DNA from: Paraglomus brasilianum
Lineage: Eukaryota
Direction: 5' to 3'
Assembly (NCBI GenBank): GCA_910592345.1
Contig: CAJVPI010000039.1
Location: 1-64,000 of the forward strand
Length of the DNA stretch: 64,000 nt
The notes beneath the pieces are model-generated. The model was not told the DNA's origin. It did not search any database and saw only the letters and a program-made list of their open reading frames with translations. A program made the translations under genes and the position numbers. This document shows, in pieces, positions 1-13,511 of the stretch (position 1 is the stretch's first letter; each line of letters begins with the position of its first letter).

Positions 1-982
1 TTGGAAAATTTGCTGGAGACATTCGCTCGAGCTGAAATTTTACATGTGATCAGATATTATGTCAAAATTTTGTTTTAAAAATTTAAGCAGTTATTATTAT
101 GTAAAGTTGCAGGATATAACCGTTCGGATACTTATGACCGCTACTGTAGATAAACTTGAAATTATTGTTAATATTAAGGTGACAGCATTATGCACAATTA
201 GGATTCTGTCCCAGACAAAAAACTGTCCCGCGCGTGAATGTATAAACACGTGTCGTTTTCCATTGTTAATCCAGCAGGTTCTTCAAATTATTCTCAAGAG
301 TTCAAACGGAAAGTTTGGGTATCAAAAGATGCACAATAATTAGTCCACTAGTAATCTATCAACGATTGAAGTACTGAATACAGAATGAACAGGTCCGTTG
401 GCGATAGTGATGAAGCGAGTGAATCGCGATATTTGGTTTTTGACTCATTTAGAAATTAAACGGGCATAGGATCCTTTGGTTGGTCGAAACACTAATCGAA
501 GAAGTTCATTTGACGTGTTGTTAAATGATCTTCGAAAAGCAATTGAACATTCCAACCTTACTACGCCAATACTTCCTCAAATGGTTGTGTGCTATAATGA
601 GAATGGAAAAAACAGAAATGTATTTATGCCTCTGCGAACTTCACAAGTCCATCATTCAACCTCAATATTTCTATATAAGATTTTTGTGTACATAATTTCC
701 GTTACGAAACTTTCTGTCCATAAAACTAAGTTAACTATACTAAAAGCTTCGCTTGCTTACATAAACTCTTTTCCTCTTGACATGCATATGTCGCTGACGT
801 GAACGAACGAATAGAATAAACTCAAGTTAATTTGTTGGTTCAAACTTTCTTACATACTCAAACGGTCATACCGCCAATAGGTAAACTTCTAAAACCACAT
901 AACGTCGTGTACCAATTTTTACTTGTTAAGCATATCGTCGTATTTAATTGAAAGACGGGTAAACCCTTGAATAAAACTCGTT

Positions 983-3579
983 TTATTCAAAGTTTTGAGT
1001 CACTAAATTACAAGACAATGACGAGGTTAATATTGTAAATTGAATTCATTTGTATCAACATGTTGTCTTCATACCTGCAGCTGAATCCAAACCACAATCG
1101 TAGCTATTTCTCGGCTTAGGCAAATCTCCGGTAGGTAAGAGTTTACTAGAGTATTTACTCTCCTTTTCGAGACGTGATAAAGGTTTTACGTTGTTATGAT
1201 AAATGGCATGCCATGCATTGCTTTGAGAATTATCCTTGTCCACCTCTTGCTCAAGGTTGTAAATATCTCTATAAAGTGTCCATGCATCTGGACGCTTATC
1301 AGGATCAGCATCACAACACCGCTCAGCAAGTTTCTTGTATTCCTCTGGTGCTGAGTCAGGCATCCTTGGCCGTAGTCCACCCATAATATCGCATACTAAA
1401 TCTCTATTGAATTCTCTATCTCTAAAAGGTGGTTCACCAGTGGCAATTAAATACATAATAATACCAAAAGAGTATACGTCTGATTTTTGAGTAAATTTGT
1501 AAGTATGAAAAACTTCCGGTGCAATAAAGGGTAAAACACCTCGAATGGTTGAATTTGGTTCACTTGAATTCACTGGTTGTGAAAGACCAAGATCGCAAAT
1601 AAATGATTCTATCTTGCTACTACCCCTATTGTCATGCAAAACTACGTTCCCGCCATGAAGATCACAATGCACTAATTCTGCATTATGAATATCTTTCAGG
1701 TAATATACAATATCCTCCAGATATTGTAATTTCATCCTCCACGTCAATTTGTTAACATTTTGATCTAAATAAGACAAAAGATTACCACTATTGGCATATT
1801 GCATAACAATCATGTACTCTTTTGATACTGGTTCTTGTGCAACTCCATAAATTTTAAGGAATCGACTATATTCCTCTGTGCACTTGACATGATTGCTGAA
1901 CTGTTAAATAAAAATAAATACAGAATCAGATTAAATATCGTGTTAGTGGATACATCAAAGATTGCTTACCTCGGAAAGAAATAATTCTGGCATTTCATCA
2001 AAATTCTTAAATTGTTTGAGTACAACTGTATACATCTTATATTTAGCAGTATAGACCGTTCCATAACCACCCGATCCGATCTCTTTAAGTTCATAAAAGT
2101 CGTCATATTGCATATATTGTAGACGTCCATAACACTGTATAATTTTGTCCAATATTAGATGTATATCGTGGTATAAAACTAAATAATATGCTTGAGTAGA
2201 TGGTGCTTGATCTCGCGTGCCCTTTATTAAGCCAGTAGATGGTGGTTGAGTGATTCCAATTATCGAAATATTCTTAGGGGTTAATATTTCTGGGTATTCC
2301 TGAGTTAGCTGTTTGAGTAAACAATACAATCATTCATCAATCAATGCAACTTGCATTATTTTGCACATAATAATAAAATAATTTACCTGATGAAAATCAA
2401 ATAACTGAGCATCCTGTCCATCAACTATCTTTTTGAGCATCACTTTTGTCAATTCATTTATTCTTGTATCTAACCAATCCGCTATATGCGTGTATCCATG
2501 GCATAATGAGGTCATTTCTCGTACATTCATCAATAGGGAATACTCTATCCATTGTATATAGCCATCCTCCTTATTCTTCATATTACTCCAGGACTCCATA
2601 ATGAATGAATCCAAAGACATGTTGCCCGTAGTCCAATCAAGAGGTTGTGGTGCTTTACAATGATAACAGAATAGATTTATCTTAGGTTCTAATTGCTCTG
2701 TACATGCCAGACATAATCCACTGTCAACTTTTATGAGACAATACTCTCCCTCTCTATATGTGAATCCGATGGTAACCCAAACATCCGTGGTAAGAATATC
2801 CGGATGCTCATCACATAACTAGTGGAAATGATACATAATAATAAGTCAATAATAATAATTATTTAAACTATTCAATAAACATGACACATAAGTAAATAGT
2901 TTACCTCGGCATAATATAAATCATGTGTTTCGTCTGTTATCTCAATCAATTTAACATATGCAAGAGTAGGTAGACCATCCAAGCATCCATATCCATATCC
3001 ACCATAAATATGATCAAATGGAATCCATTCCAAATAGGCATGATTTGATGAGTTTGTTTGTAATTGAGATTTCTTAATAAACTCGTCGAGTTGCTTATTG
3101 TTGCTAGTCCATCCATCGGATAATTGTTTATGCCCGCAAATGCACCACACAGGACTACATCGGAGTATTCCACATGCAGGACAGAATCCATATCGAGAAT
3201 AACAATCGTAAAACTTTCTATCGGTAACCATGTAATAGTTGTTATCATCATGCTTGGTAAATCCTTTTATTAAGTAGTTGCGCCCCTTAAGCCAGTAGTA
3301 ATATCTTCTGAACTGATTAACGTCATTGTTGTACTTGTGTGTCGGAAGTGAGTATATTCTAGCAAACGCATTCACAAGTGTTGGTGTACATTCTTTGCTA
3401 TTTCCAAGTAATACTAGTATTATAGCAACTGTATCATACGTTTGCTTGCGAATAGCGTAGTAGACGTTGTCAATTTGAGTGGGCTTTATGTCGATAATTT
3501 GCGAGCAAGGAATCCATTCAAGTCTTAAGTATTCATCTTCGCAGGCTTGAACCAAGTTGTCAATTGCTGGATTATGCAT
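983..3579 (-). CDS. TKL-family protein kinase with three N-terminal degenerate kinase N-lobe modules (5 exons: ~3579-2905, 2818-2387, 2308-1970, 1900-1075, 1002-983)
   Basis: The spliced frame is open across GT-AG introns. Motifs: GSGGYGTVY loop, VVLK, alphaC LFLSE, HCDLHGGN, DLG, GVLPFIAPE, SDVYSFG, TGEPPF, CCDADPDKRP. The tiny last exon (VTQNFE*) is mirrored in the paralogue at 62144 (ATQTLE*). Confidence 0.9.
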
Positions 3580-5058
3580 ATCCTTGACCCCTGGAACTAA
3601 CGACGTGGTTGAATAAAAAATTTTCAAGCGAGAGAATACATCGCACAATTTACTCAGTCCTTTATTGATATTTTTTGTTGAACAAGATAGTGACCTATCA
3701 TCACAATATTAATATATGCTGTGTTTCATTACTATTCACCAAACACTGAACATCATTCAATTCGCTTTCTCTTTGACAACTGCAGTTTATAAGAAGTTTG
3801 CTTGTTCGTTCAACAGTTGCATGCACGCACAATACAGGCATTCTTAAGTACATACTAAATTTCCTTAATCAGAAATCCCAAGCTTTCTTTTGCTGTTGAG
3901 ATTCACCTTTTCTGGTAATTATATACGACCATTATTATACTGTTTAGATATATCAGACAAACCTTCACCGTATCATCCTTAAAAAGTCAACAGTAATTTA
4001 TTTGTCATGACAACAATCATATGTCTTGTTGATAATAGTAATGGTAAAGAAATAATATTCGGGCTGATGGCATAAGCGAAGACAAGGAATACACTTAGCC
4101 AAGAATCCGTAGTTACAGTTTTAAAAAAAAGTTATCTGTTCAACTACACTCTACCACTTGCGCTATTCTTGCCTGAATAATAAAAAGTCTTCTTGTAAGT
4201 TCGCTTCTCTAAATTTGCTATATTATTATCGTTAAATATTAAAAGTCATCCAAGCTGGCGGGTATGATAGTCAATTACGTTAATTCTTGTTGTATATTAT
4301 TCCCTTGTCTATTCATTCTCTATTAATGAATCAATGTGATTACACATCAGCGACAAGTTTATCTCACTAATTTACTGCTCAATAATGATAATATATAAAT
4401 CAACTAAATGTCTTAGGTTATTTATCAATCTATGACTTACGCGCATATCGAACACCTACAGTAGTTATCATGTTGCGTCCATTCTGGTGATTATTTTACT
4501 CAATTTTCATGTTTCTATTGCTCGTGCTTGCTATGTGAGACGACAATACTGAAAATAATTATTCAACGCCCAAGTTCAAATATTTAAGCATTATGAGACT
4601 TTGGGTAATTACGCTTGCCAACACGTTAATGACCTTTAATTAAAGTTGCTACTCACGTTACCTTTGTTCGTTCCTATTAACATCTACTGTCATTACTACA
4701 TCCGTGCAGAGGTATGCCCTGAAAGTATTCTTGTATTAATAACTGCGCGCAGAGCAGAATTATGTATACGGAGGTGACAATGGTTCAACAGTAGAGAATA
4801 CAGTGTTAAACTTGATAAAAACTTACGACACTTTTTTAGCGTTTGTAATAATGTGTAATCTTCCTTGAAATCATCGTATAAATTCTAAATTTCGAGAATT
4901 GACCAATATTTACGCGTGTTTTGTCCATATATTTTATCATGATGAATTTAAACATATAAAAATAAATGTATACAGTATATACAATAATTTATTGCTTTTT
5001 CGTTCGAACGAAGGAAAACACGATTATGTTCATAGTCAGCTGTATACTGGAAAACAGC

Positions 5059-5700
5059 ATGCCAGTAGACCCTAAATACGAAGTGAAACTTTTTACGAAT
5101 TGGGGCGGGCCGTCACTTTGTAGTTGTTCAGAAGTAACCCCCGGCCTTAGTAAGAGGACAATTAGGCAAAAAACTTAACTTCTTCTGAACTCCAGAATTA
5201 TTAAAAGAATATGGAGAAACCGGGGATGAGCCCATGTTAATTGACCAAATGATCTGGCCTGGGACACAGACTGTCTCCCAAACATCCGAACGTATGACAG
5301 TATGGAGGGATGCACTTGACTAGAACTTTACCAGACAGAGGATGCACGAAAAAGTGTTGATAAATTCGTTGACCTTCAAGATAGGATAGGTCTAGAACAG
5401 CTAATAATTGTCTTTGCAAAAAACATATACAGTCGAGAAGGGAGGTTTGAAAGATGTGTGATGTGAGGCAATATACACACAGATAAGAAAAAGATACAGA
5501 AAACTGATAGGCAAGTCTGATCTACTGATAGTTCTCTCCAACAAACTATGATTTATTGAAAGCCAATTTCTATCAAATGAACATAAAGGAGAGCAAAAGT
5601 AGCTGCTGGCTACTGAGTCCTTTTGCAAGAACGATAATAATTTTGTCCGAAGCCAAGCATCCATACGCATGTTCAGAAGGTAGAAAACTTTAGCCGTTTC
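5059..5700 (+). pseudogene. Possible decayed coding remnant of unknown origin
   Basis: Protein-like stretches in shifting frames (TPELLKEYGETGDEPMLIDQMIWPG; ELYQTEDARKSVDKFVDLQDRIGLEQL; GKSDLLIVLSNKL*FIES), broken by stops and frameshifts. Confidence 0.25.
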
Positions 5701-5846
5701 TTCTTTCCCAATCCTTCATGCGCGATAGACTTGTCAGCATGGATACCTCATAATTCACACAGGGAGATGAGCAGGACGAATGCGCGCGTTTGGGTATGCG
5801 AAGACTGACGCTTTGCTTCGTATCCTTGACAAGTTAATCATTTTGC

Positions 5847-7508
5847 TCAAACAACAGATTTCCTAATCTTTGCCACAAAGAAACCCGATGTTTTCGAACA
5901 GATAGGATCCAATCGAACTGTCATGGATAAATCAATGTCATACTGGCTTCTTCTTATTCTTGCGGTCCCTAATTGAGCAGCAAGTGGAACCTCTTCCAGT
6001 TGCGCATGATTGTATTTGCTAAGAAACCAGCCGATCACGTCTTCGTTCTGTTGACGAGAAAGACTACAAGTGCTGTATACAAGAATACCACCGGGTTTAA
6101 GAAGTGACCATCCGTTGGTAATGAGCTGACGCTAATAACATGCGGAATAAACCCGAGTTAATAAACTTGCTTATCACTAGTCTCTAGCCATAGCTTACCT
6201 GTAGATCCCATAAACTCTCAGTACGATCTAGATTCATAAAATTCTTCTCAAATGCATCCCATCCCCATTTCTCGTACTATAAATATTATAAACTTTGTCA
6301 TTATAACTACTTGAGATAATAATATAGTGTCTATATATTGCGCTCAGTTACCTTAAGAATATGCGTAACAGACCCGTCATGAGTACATTCCGCATCCACA
6401 AGCACCTAAAATAGTTAACAATGTATGTCAGTGTAGGCCTTAAATGTTATAATATTCTAGCTGGATATGTCAACGGGAATTCAATGCAAGCATTACGTAA
6501 CGACCGTTGATAAAGTACACATGAACATGTCCAGCTCAATGATTTTACCTTATCATAAAGATATTCATCTTTCGCCTTTTGTGGATCATTTCGAAGAGTC
6601 TTTGGTGCCCAAAATGGCTTAATTATGCTCGCACTATTATGACCATTATCACTATCGACGGCCAATACCGTTAAATCCTCAGATAATCCTTCACCAAGTC
6701 GATTTTGACCACTAGATCGCATTGTGTTTCCTTCCCCTTGTCGCAGCGGATCGAGAAACGAGGGCGCACGTACACCAAATGTCGTTCCATCAGTAACGAA
6801 AAGTCGCGCTCGTCCAATTCGATACTTTTTTAACAAACTCCGACATGTGGCTGCTCTATGTTTGGATATATCAACGCCCGTGACCGTACCAGTTCCATTG
6901 GTACCTAAGAAATCAGATATCATGCATAGCTTTGCGCCTGATTACCATATAGAATCGTCAGCTTGAAATGTAAAAAAACAATTATCACAATACTAGAAGC
7001 AATTGTTCAACCTACCAGGCGCACAGCACAAGTCTAGAACATGGTCGTCTTTTTTCAAATCAAGAGCATAGACGGCTATGGCTGAACTCAGATCGATCCC
7101 ATAAATCTAGTAGCAAATTTTATTGTAATCGTCTTTTGCAGTGGCCCTACTTGACATAGCTTAACGATAGAGACCTGTTTACCTTCCCGTCTTTATATCT
7201 AATATTTTAGTAGCTTTTTTTCAGAAAACTTAGAATTCCTTTGATGCTTAGAGTAACATAAACCATCGAGCGTCTTACGCTTGACATCCAACAATCTTTG
7301 CTTTTCCATCCAACCGGAAAAATCCATCAAGTCCAGGAACAGAGTACAACATTGTTCCCAGTTGAAGCTCCAACTCGTTTCGATCAATTGGGTTTCGATC
7401 TCTAGGATTTATTCGTATGTATCGGGGGAGATCTTTGATCTCATAAACGGCGGGATCAATCTCATTCTCCTTGAGGAACTTTTGAAACGAAGGAGGGAAG
7501 ACTGGCAT
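5847..7508 (-). CDS. RsmB/NOP2/Sun-family RNA cytosine-C5 methyltransferase, RCMT9-like (7 exons: 7508-7279, 7198-7183, 7106-7016, 6937-6549, 6405-6352, 6276-6199, 6131-5847)
   Basis: Spliced product has motif I VLDLCCAPGAK, TGVD, motif IV YDKVLVDAECTHDGS and motif VI LKPGGILVYSTCSLS..QNE, so both catalytic Cys are present. All splice junctions are GT-AG and phase-consistent. Confidence 0.9.
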
Positions 7509-7899
7509 CTCGAACCAAGAACATTTTCGGTGCAACGGGATCATAATTTGCTGTAATATCACGTGATGTAATAAATCATTTGAGTATACAATACATTAGC
7601 TTCGGTTGCATTATAAACAGTGAATTCTTAATGGCGGGACACTTAGAGGTTTCGTTTAGAGAGGGTTGATCGTACCTCTAAAATTGGCACATCTTTAATC
7701 AATTAACCAAGTCTATACAAAAATACAGTAAAAATAGTGGATATATAATAATGATCTAATCAGCTATCCAAATTACGACATAACTCTTACGAAGAAATAT
7801 ACAGATGCTAATCCTAGAAATGAAATGAAAAACACACTTTTTGCAAATTGTTATGTAATAAAACATCAAAGAGAAACCCATTGCTCACTTTCATCTGCA

Positions 7900-9732
7900 T
7901 TACTTCTTCAGAATCTTTTCTGCAACTCCACAGGTGCAAAAGTTCACCACCAGTTCTTTAATTTCTTCACCCATTCGCTCAACCTCTTTCCTCAACACAG
8001 GCGACATCTGCGTTCGATCGCGATATGCGTCAAATTTAGCCAACAGTTCCGGCTGAACGTTCTTGTATAATGATGACGGTATAGCAAGTAGAAAGAGCGT
8101 TGCAAAAGCTACTTCATAGTCGGAAAACTTTCTGTGTTGTTCCTGAGGCACCTCCTGCAATGCCTTCTGGATGGCCGGGTAGATTGGTGATAACGTCGTT
8201 TCTTTTATTATTGCATTAATATATTGTTCTCTGCTAACTCTTTCCGTTTCACCGATCCCGTTCCCACAATCCATATCTATAGCATGTTGCAGTGATGTTA
8301 TGAATGGACTATTCATCACAACAGTAGCTAATTCTTCCATAGATTGGGGCTTTTCATCCAAAATTCTTTTTGGTATATTTTCACACAAAGCCTTTTCTAA
8401 TGCGCTCCAGCTAGTTTGTAAAGCAGACGCGTCGCAATCCATGTTGCACATAAGATCTTTACGACTGTCGGATGGTTGAGAGAGAAGAAAGTATCCGCGC
8501 GGTTGTTGAGTGACTTTGTCAATTGGAAACATTGATTCGTATAAAAGGTCAACTGATGCAAAATAAGATGGATATTTGAATCTATGCAGTAAAGAAAGCG
8601 ATAAATTGTTTAGAGAAAAGTTCAAGTATTTTAAAAGTGCCTTGTGAATAATATTTACCGAGCTGTATCCAACACTAGTGCCATATTCTTTTCCGGAAGA
8701 TATGCTCCTATTGGTGAGAAGTGCTAAATAAATAAAGAGATGCATAAGCATATATACACACCGTGACACATAGCATTTCTCAATTATGTACTACTCACTC
8801 CGTCTCCAGTCTGACTAAGTGTTGCTCTTGAAAAAGAAATAACCATATACACTCCTGGCGTCGAATTGACATATTTCAGATCATTCACAAATTCTTCTTT
8901 CGTTACTTGATCTGCGCGCTTGGCGTGCACTTCGCAATGACATTTAGCCAAACATGTAAACTGAGAAAATGTTGTTCCTGATTGTTTGACCTTCTCGATA
9001 TCCTGCAATTGAATTCGAGTATATAATAATAAAACGATTTAGTAACATTGTAAGAAAGCAAAAAATGTCGGCACGAAATTCAGCGTACAAACCTGGCAAC
9101 AATTCAATAATTCATCATACCACCAGCGCCTGCAATTAAAAAAGCTTGTTAGTACGAAAATACATAGATTATACCTTGAGAACAATGATACAATCTTCTA
9201 ATTCATACCAGGGACCTTTCCACACCGGGGCTCCTTGTACTTGTAAAGCATTAAGCACGATGGCCAATGAACTCAATGCACAGTAAGCTGGTTCCATTTG
9301 ATGAGAAAAACATGAAGAGAGGTCAAAGAACCCTTCAGCATATCCTTGGTTTAATGATTCTTTAATAAGCTCTTTCCCTTCTTTCGAGGTTAGGGAAATC
9401 AGAAAGGAGGGCAATTCCCTCCCTTGGAAATATTGTTTTGGTTTTACGATGTTGGCATCAGTGGAATTGGTGGTCGAGGAAGAAGGGTTGGGTTTTATTT
9501 TTAAATAGCTTAGAGACGGAGATTCTATAACACCTCTTTCTGTTGCAACTGCAATGTATGATTCGTTCATAATGTTCTTTTCTAATAAAGTTTGTTTTCC
9601 GACGGTATTTCTGTCCAAGGATGTTTTACGCTGTCTAGAATCGTAAAAAGGACGAAACCCCGAAGCCGAGTAACTCCTGTTGAATCTACCTATACGTGAC
9701 CTATTTATCACAAACTGCAGTCGATAGAGCAT
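7900..9732 (-). CDS. PCS1: Phytochelatin synthase (glutathione gamma-glutamylcysteinyltransferase), 5 exons
   Basis: Spliced: HQMEPAYCALSSLAIVLNAL...WKGPWRWW.DELLNCC...QTGDG|HFSPIGAY....MALVLDTAR|FKYP. The Cys-His-Asp triad of PCS is complete. Confidence 0.95.
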
Positions 9733-12700
9733 GGCGAAATATCAATCATTATATGTGGATCTGCATGATCGTCGTTGAAAAACTTAGAACTGTACAGAAT
9801 ACTCTAGACTATTAGTCATGCAATTGTAGTACTCCAGAAATAAATACTATTATCAGACTGCAATGAGTATCATCATTTTAATAACTGTCATAATCCTAAT
9901 TGGGATTGTAAGACGGATTGTAGTGTATGGTCGAACACCACAGAAATATGGTTGCGCTTGTCTAACCTGGATTAGTAATAGTAGCGTGTAAATTCTTCGA
10001 CTGAGTATGGGCTTTTTATTGATGAGATTAGGACAATTGACAAGCATCTTGTAATTTTAATTGGTCACATCCAGAGCAAGGCTTACGTGGAATAAATCTA
10101 ACGATTATAATTAGGCCAAGGGTTTATCTTTTTGATTTCTATTAGTTTCTACAGCGGTTCCCATCCCCCAATTCACTAAATTCTTGTGGTAAGACCCGTG
10201 AATTTAATGTGAGTAGAGCATTACTTATTTCAAGAGTTTAATTAACATGTATTATGTATAGCATTCTTACGGCTATGATTAATTGGGCATAATGCTGTTA
10301 ACATTCTTGATAAAAATTTGCAAGACCGGGAATTTATCGTAATTGACCAAAAGAGGACCCTCTATATATGGATGAGACACGCCTTTAACATTAGATAAAG
10401 AAATTAAAAATTTTTTTTGCCCTCTTGTAATTCTTCGATTCACAACGTAATTTCTTATTAGCTTTGACCTGCTTCTGCACCTCTTAGTCGCATCTTTGTC
10501 CAAACGTATCACTACTATATTGCTAGAATAAAGTATCGACCCCTTTCTTAATTCTATAAGTAATCTTCTCTACAAATTGGGATAATGATATTTGAGTTTC
10601 TTGGTTAGCCATGCTTATCTCATATACGTGTAATAAATTTCCAAGTGGTTCTTAATGCTTTTTCATAACCTCTAATATATGATGCAAATAAGTTTCGATT
10701 CATTCATGTTTCAGAAATCTGTTTCAATAATATAGGGAACTCAGAATGGTTTAAAAGTCCTTGGTATGCCATATGACCAGCGACTTTTTGGAAGCTCCTT
10801 AATAACGGTCGGCAAATTTCTTTGCGCGCAAAATAAGTTTGCATGCAATAAATTAATAAGCACGCGTCACTGCGTCGTGTACTTTTTACATATATTTATA
10901 TAAGAAAATTTTAACGCGACTACATTGCGACAGAATACATTTGACTCGTAATCTAAAATCTTTAATCAGTGTGGCGAGCATTACATAGAAAAATCTTTAT
11001 TTATCAACTATGATGATTCTGTAATCGTTATAGATCATTGCATGACTGAAAACGTAATTTAAAATATACACATCACAGTCCACATATACATAATTAAAAT
11101 AAAATTCTTAGCAAACAATTTTATTACAGTGATATTCTAAAAATAATACAAGATTTTGCAATAAATAAATAAATAAATAATAATCTGATTGTGGTATACG
11201 TGGTACCTAACTAAAACGGATGGTTCGTGTGATAGTCGTGTGTCTTGCTCACAAGTTGGCTAAACTTGGGAATGCTTAGAGTATCCCGTTTGAATGTCAC
11301 TTTCTTTGATGGCAGACTTGGATTGCAGAGCCATCAAAGAAAATATCAAATGACTGTTGAAAATAAAAACCCCTTCGAAATTGCTTACATCATAGTTTTT
11401 CTTATGTCTCCCGTTGTCTCATGTCTTGACTTAGTATGACCTCGCGGGCTCCGAAGTAATGAAGATACGAAGAAGTCGGAGGTTATATTTGGCTGTTTTT
11501 ATTGGTATGTTATTAGTACAGGATAGTATACGGTATATCTAACCAATACCCGGGTATAAATCAAAATTTGGCAACTTTTAGCTAAAAATGCTCATAGTAC
11601 CTCTTCTAAGTCTTTCTTTGATAATTTTTTTGGACGAATTTGCACTGAGATTCCACTGTTGATACCGCAGTTGCCATTGATGATCGATTGCATGGATGCA
11701 AATCTGTTTATGCAAGTGCTCATTTTCTTGTTATTTTTCTATCAAGTTGAGTGCCTAAAAATATATATAGAAAATTAGTAATACACATACTAATTTCATC
11801 TTGACATCAGACAAGCTTGGCAGGAGTTATCTGTGTCTGACTAGTGTCAGTAGTCTTGGTAACTTTTTAAACATCAGACACACTTGGTGGTACCTGTGCC
11901 CACACTATCTTAGCTTGTCTGGCGACTTGAACGATAGACAATTTCGGAAATCTCTATCACACCGCTTATTCATTATACAAACTCACAGATAGCTATTGAG
12001 CAATTTCTCATGCCTTTGACCTTTCTTTGTATTAGTAATTGTCTGAAGAGATAAACTAATTTATTTACACGGCTCCAAGTCACATTATATTCCATTCCGA
12101 CGGTTTTCGTACGCAGACATAGTCGTTTGGAAAAAACAAACTTCTTTATCGAATTTTGAGTTATAATTAAACCAATGTGAATCAAATAATTTGCACGCGC
12201 CCAGGTTTATCGTTATATGTAAAAGTCAGAACACTCATGTGAATGTTTTTATCAACATATACGATTTACGCGTCTCGATAGTTTTTACATTCAAGTGACA
12301 AAGGTGACACGTTATTGCCAGGTCGTACGGGTTCAAATATTATCCCTCCATAAATAGAAATATGTTTATGGGCTGTACGATGTGCGACCTGGCTGGCAAT
12401 AAAAATCTTCGGCAAAAAAAAAAAAAAAACCAACCAAAACCAACATTCCCACACAAAGTGCGAAAGTAAAGTTTTGGCAAAAACTGTAATTTTATTGACA
12501 AAGTTTGCTAAATTAGCTCATTGTAAAGGTTCAGGAAATGCAGAACACGTTGTAATTTGGCGTCATATGAAAAGAAGGGATATAAAAGCTCATTCGCCGA
12601 TCGTCATATTGAAATGCGCAAGGCATGGGCACAAACACATATTAATATGAGGAACCGGACTGATGAGTTAGGTGGCACAAACAAGGTGATAAGCCAAGCC

Positions 12701-13511
12701 CATCCGGCAAAAAGGTGTGGCTGGCATCTGCAGATCTGAGGCACACCTCGCGTGTTGCCAAGGACTTTCTTGCTGAAAGTAGAATCGATTAGCTATCTAG
12801 CAGTCCCAATCGAAACATGTGGCGGAATTATTAAGAACAAGGTTGAAAAATGTATGCGAATCAAGAGACGGTGAATAATTTGATTAAATCTAATGCAATT
12901 CGTAAATGGCGACGGAATTCATGTTAATATTGACATGTTAATGTTCAAGCGAATTTGATTCCACTCGATTTTTTTATGTACCTATTGAGAAAAGCAATTA
13001 ATTTCGTAACACACTGTATTTACTGTAATGGTTAGGTGACAGCGATAATAGAAATAGATAATGATCGATAATCGACAACTTTATCCCCGAGATGGCGAGA
13101 TCGACAAACCCAGGAATAAGATTTGCCGGGTACTTTCTGTTCACAGTAAATGCATCTTAGCCTCAACATCTCACAAGACATTATCCATACGTCATTCTCG
13201 CCTTTACATTTACATAACAGTAATAGCAAGTTTACTACCCTATGTACGAATAATAATTATTATGGGTAGGTTCGAGTATTAAAAGACGCCTTGCACGGCC
13301 TTAGGTCGTCGTGAGTTTTATTCTTCGTCCTGTCGAAAAGAGATAAAAGTAGAGGTCATTGACGTTCGTTACATAATACAATAATTACGCGTATAAGGAG
13401 GCAATAGTAAGTACATGTTAATAATCGTTTCGAATACTCTAATCTTGTAATAGCCCATTTTGTTCATATCCACATCATCGATGCCCTCTCACACCATCTT
13501 TACCAACCAGG

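Noticed and set aside
5179..5466. Long ORF if TGA is read as Trp or Sec (mitovirus, NUMT or selenoprotein idea)
   Set aside because: No RdRp motifs or recognisable SECIS. Another frame looks more protein-like over part of it, and TAA/TAG stops and frameshifts also occur.
7555..7570. TCACGTGA E-box upstream of the methyltransferase, and CCAAT boxes near several gene starts
   Set aside because: Plausible, but such short motifs also occur away from promoters; function cannot be supported from sequence alone.
11808..11921. 10-bp inverted repeat CAGACAAGCT...AGCTTGTCTG
   Set aside because: Too short and no clear target-site duplication, so it cannot be called a MITE.
12312..12402. Imperfect hairpin (TTATTGCCAG...CTGGCAATAA)
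   Set aside because: Short arms and no family evidence.
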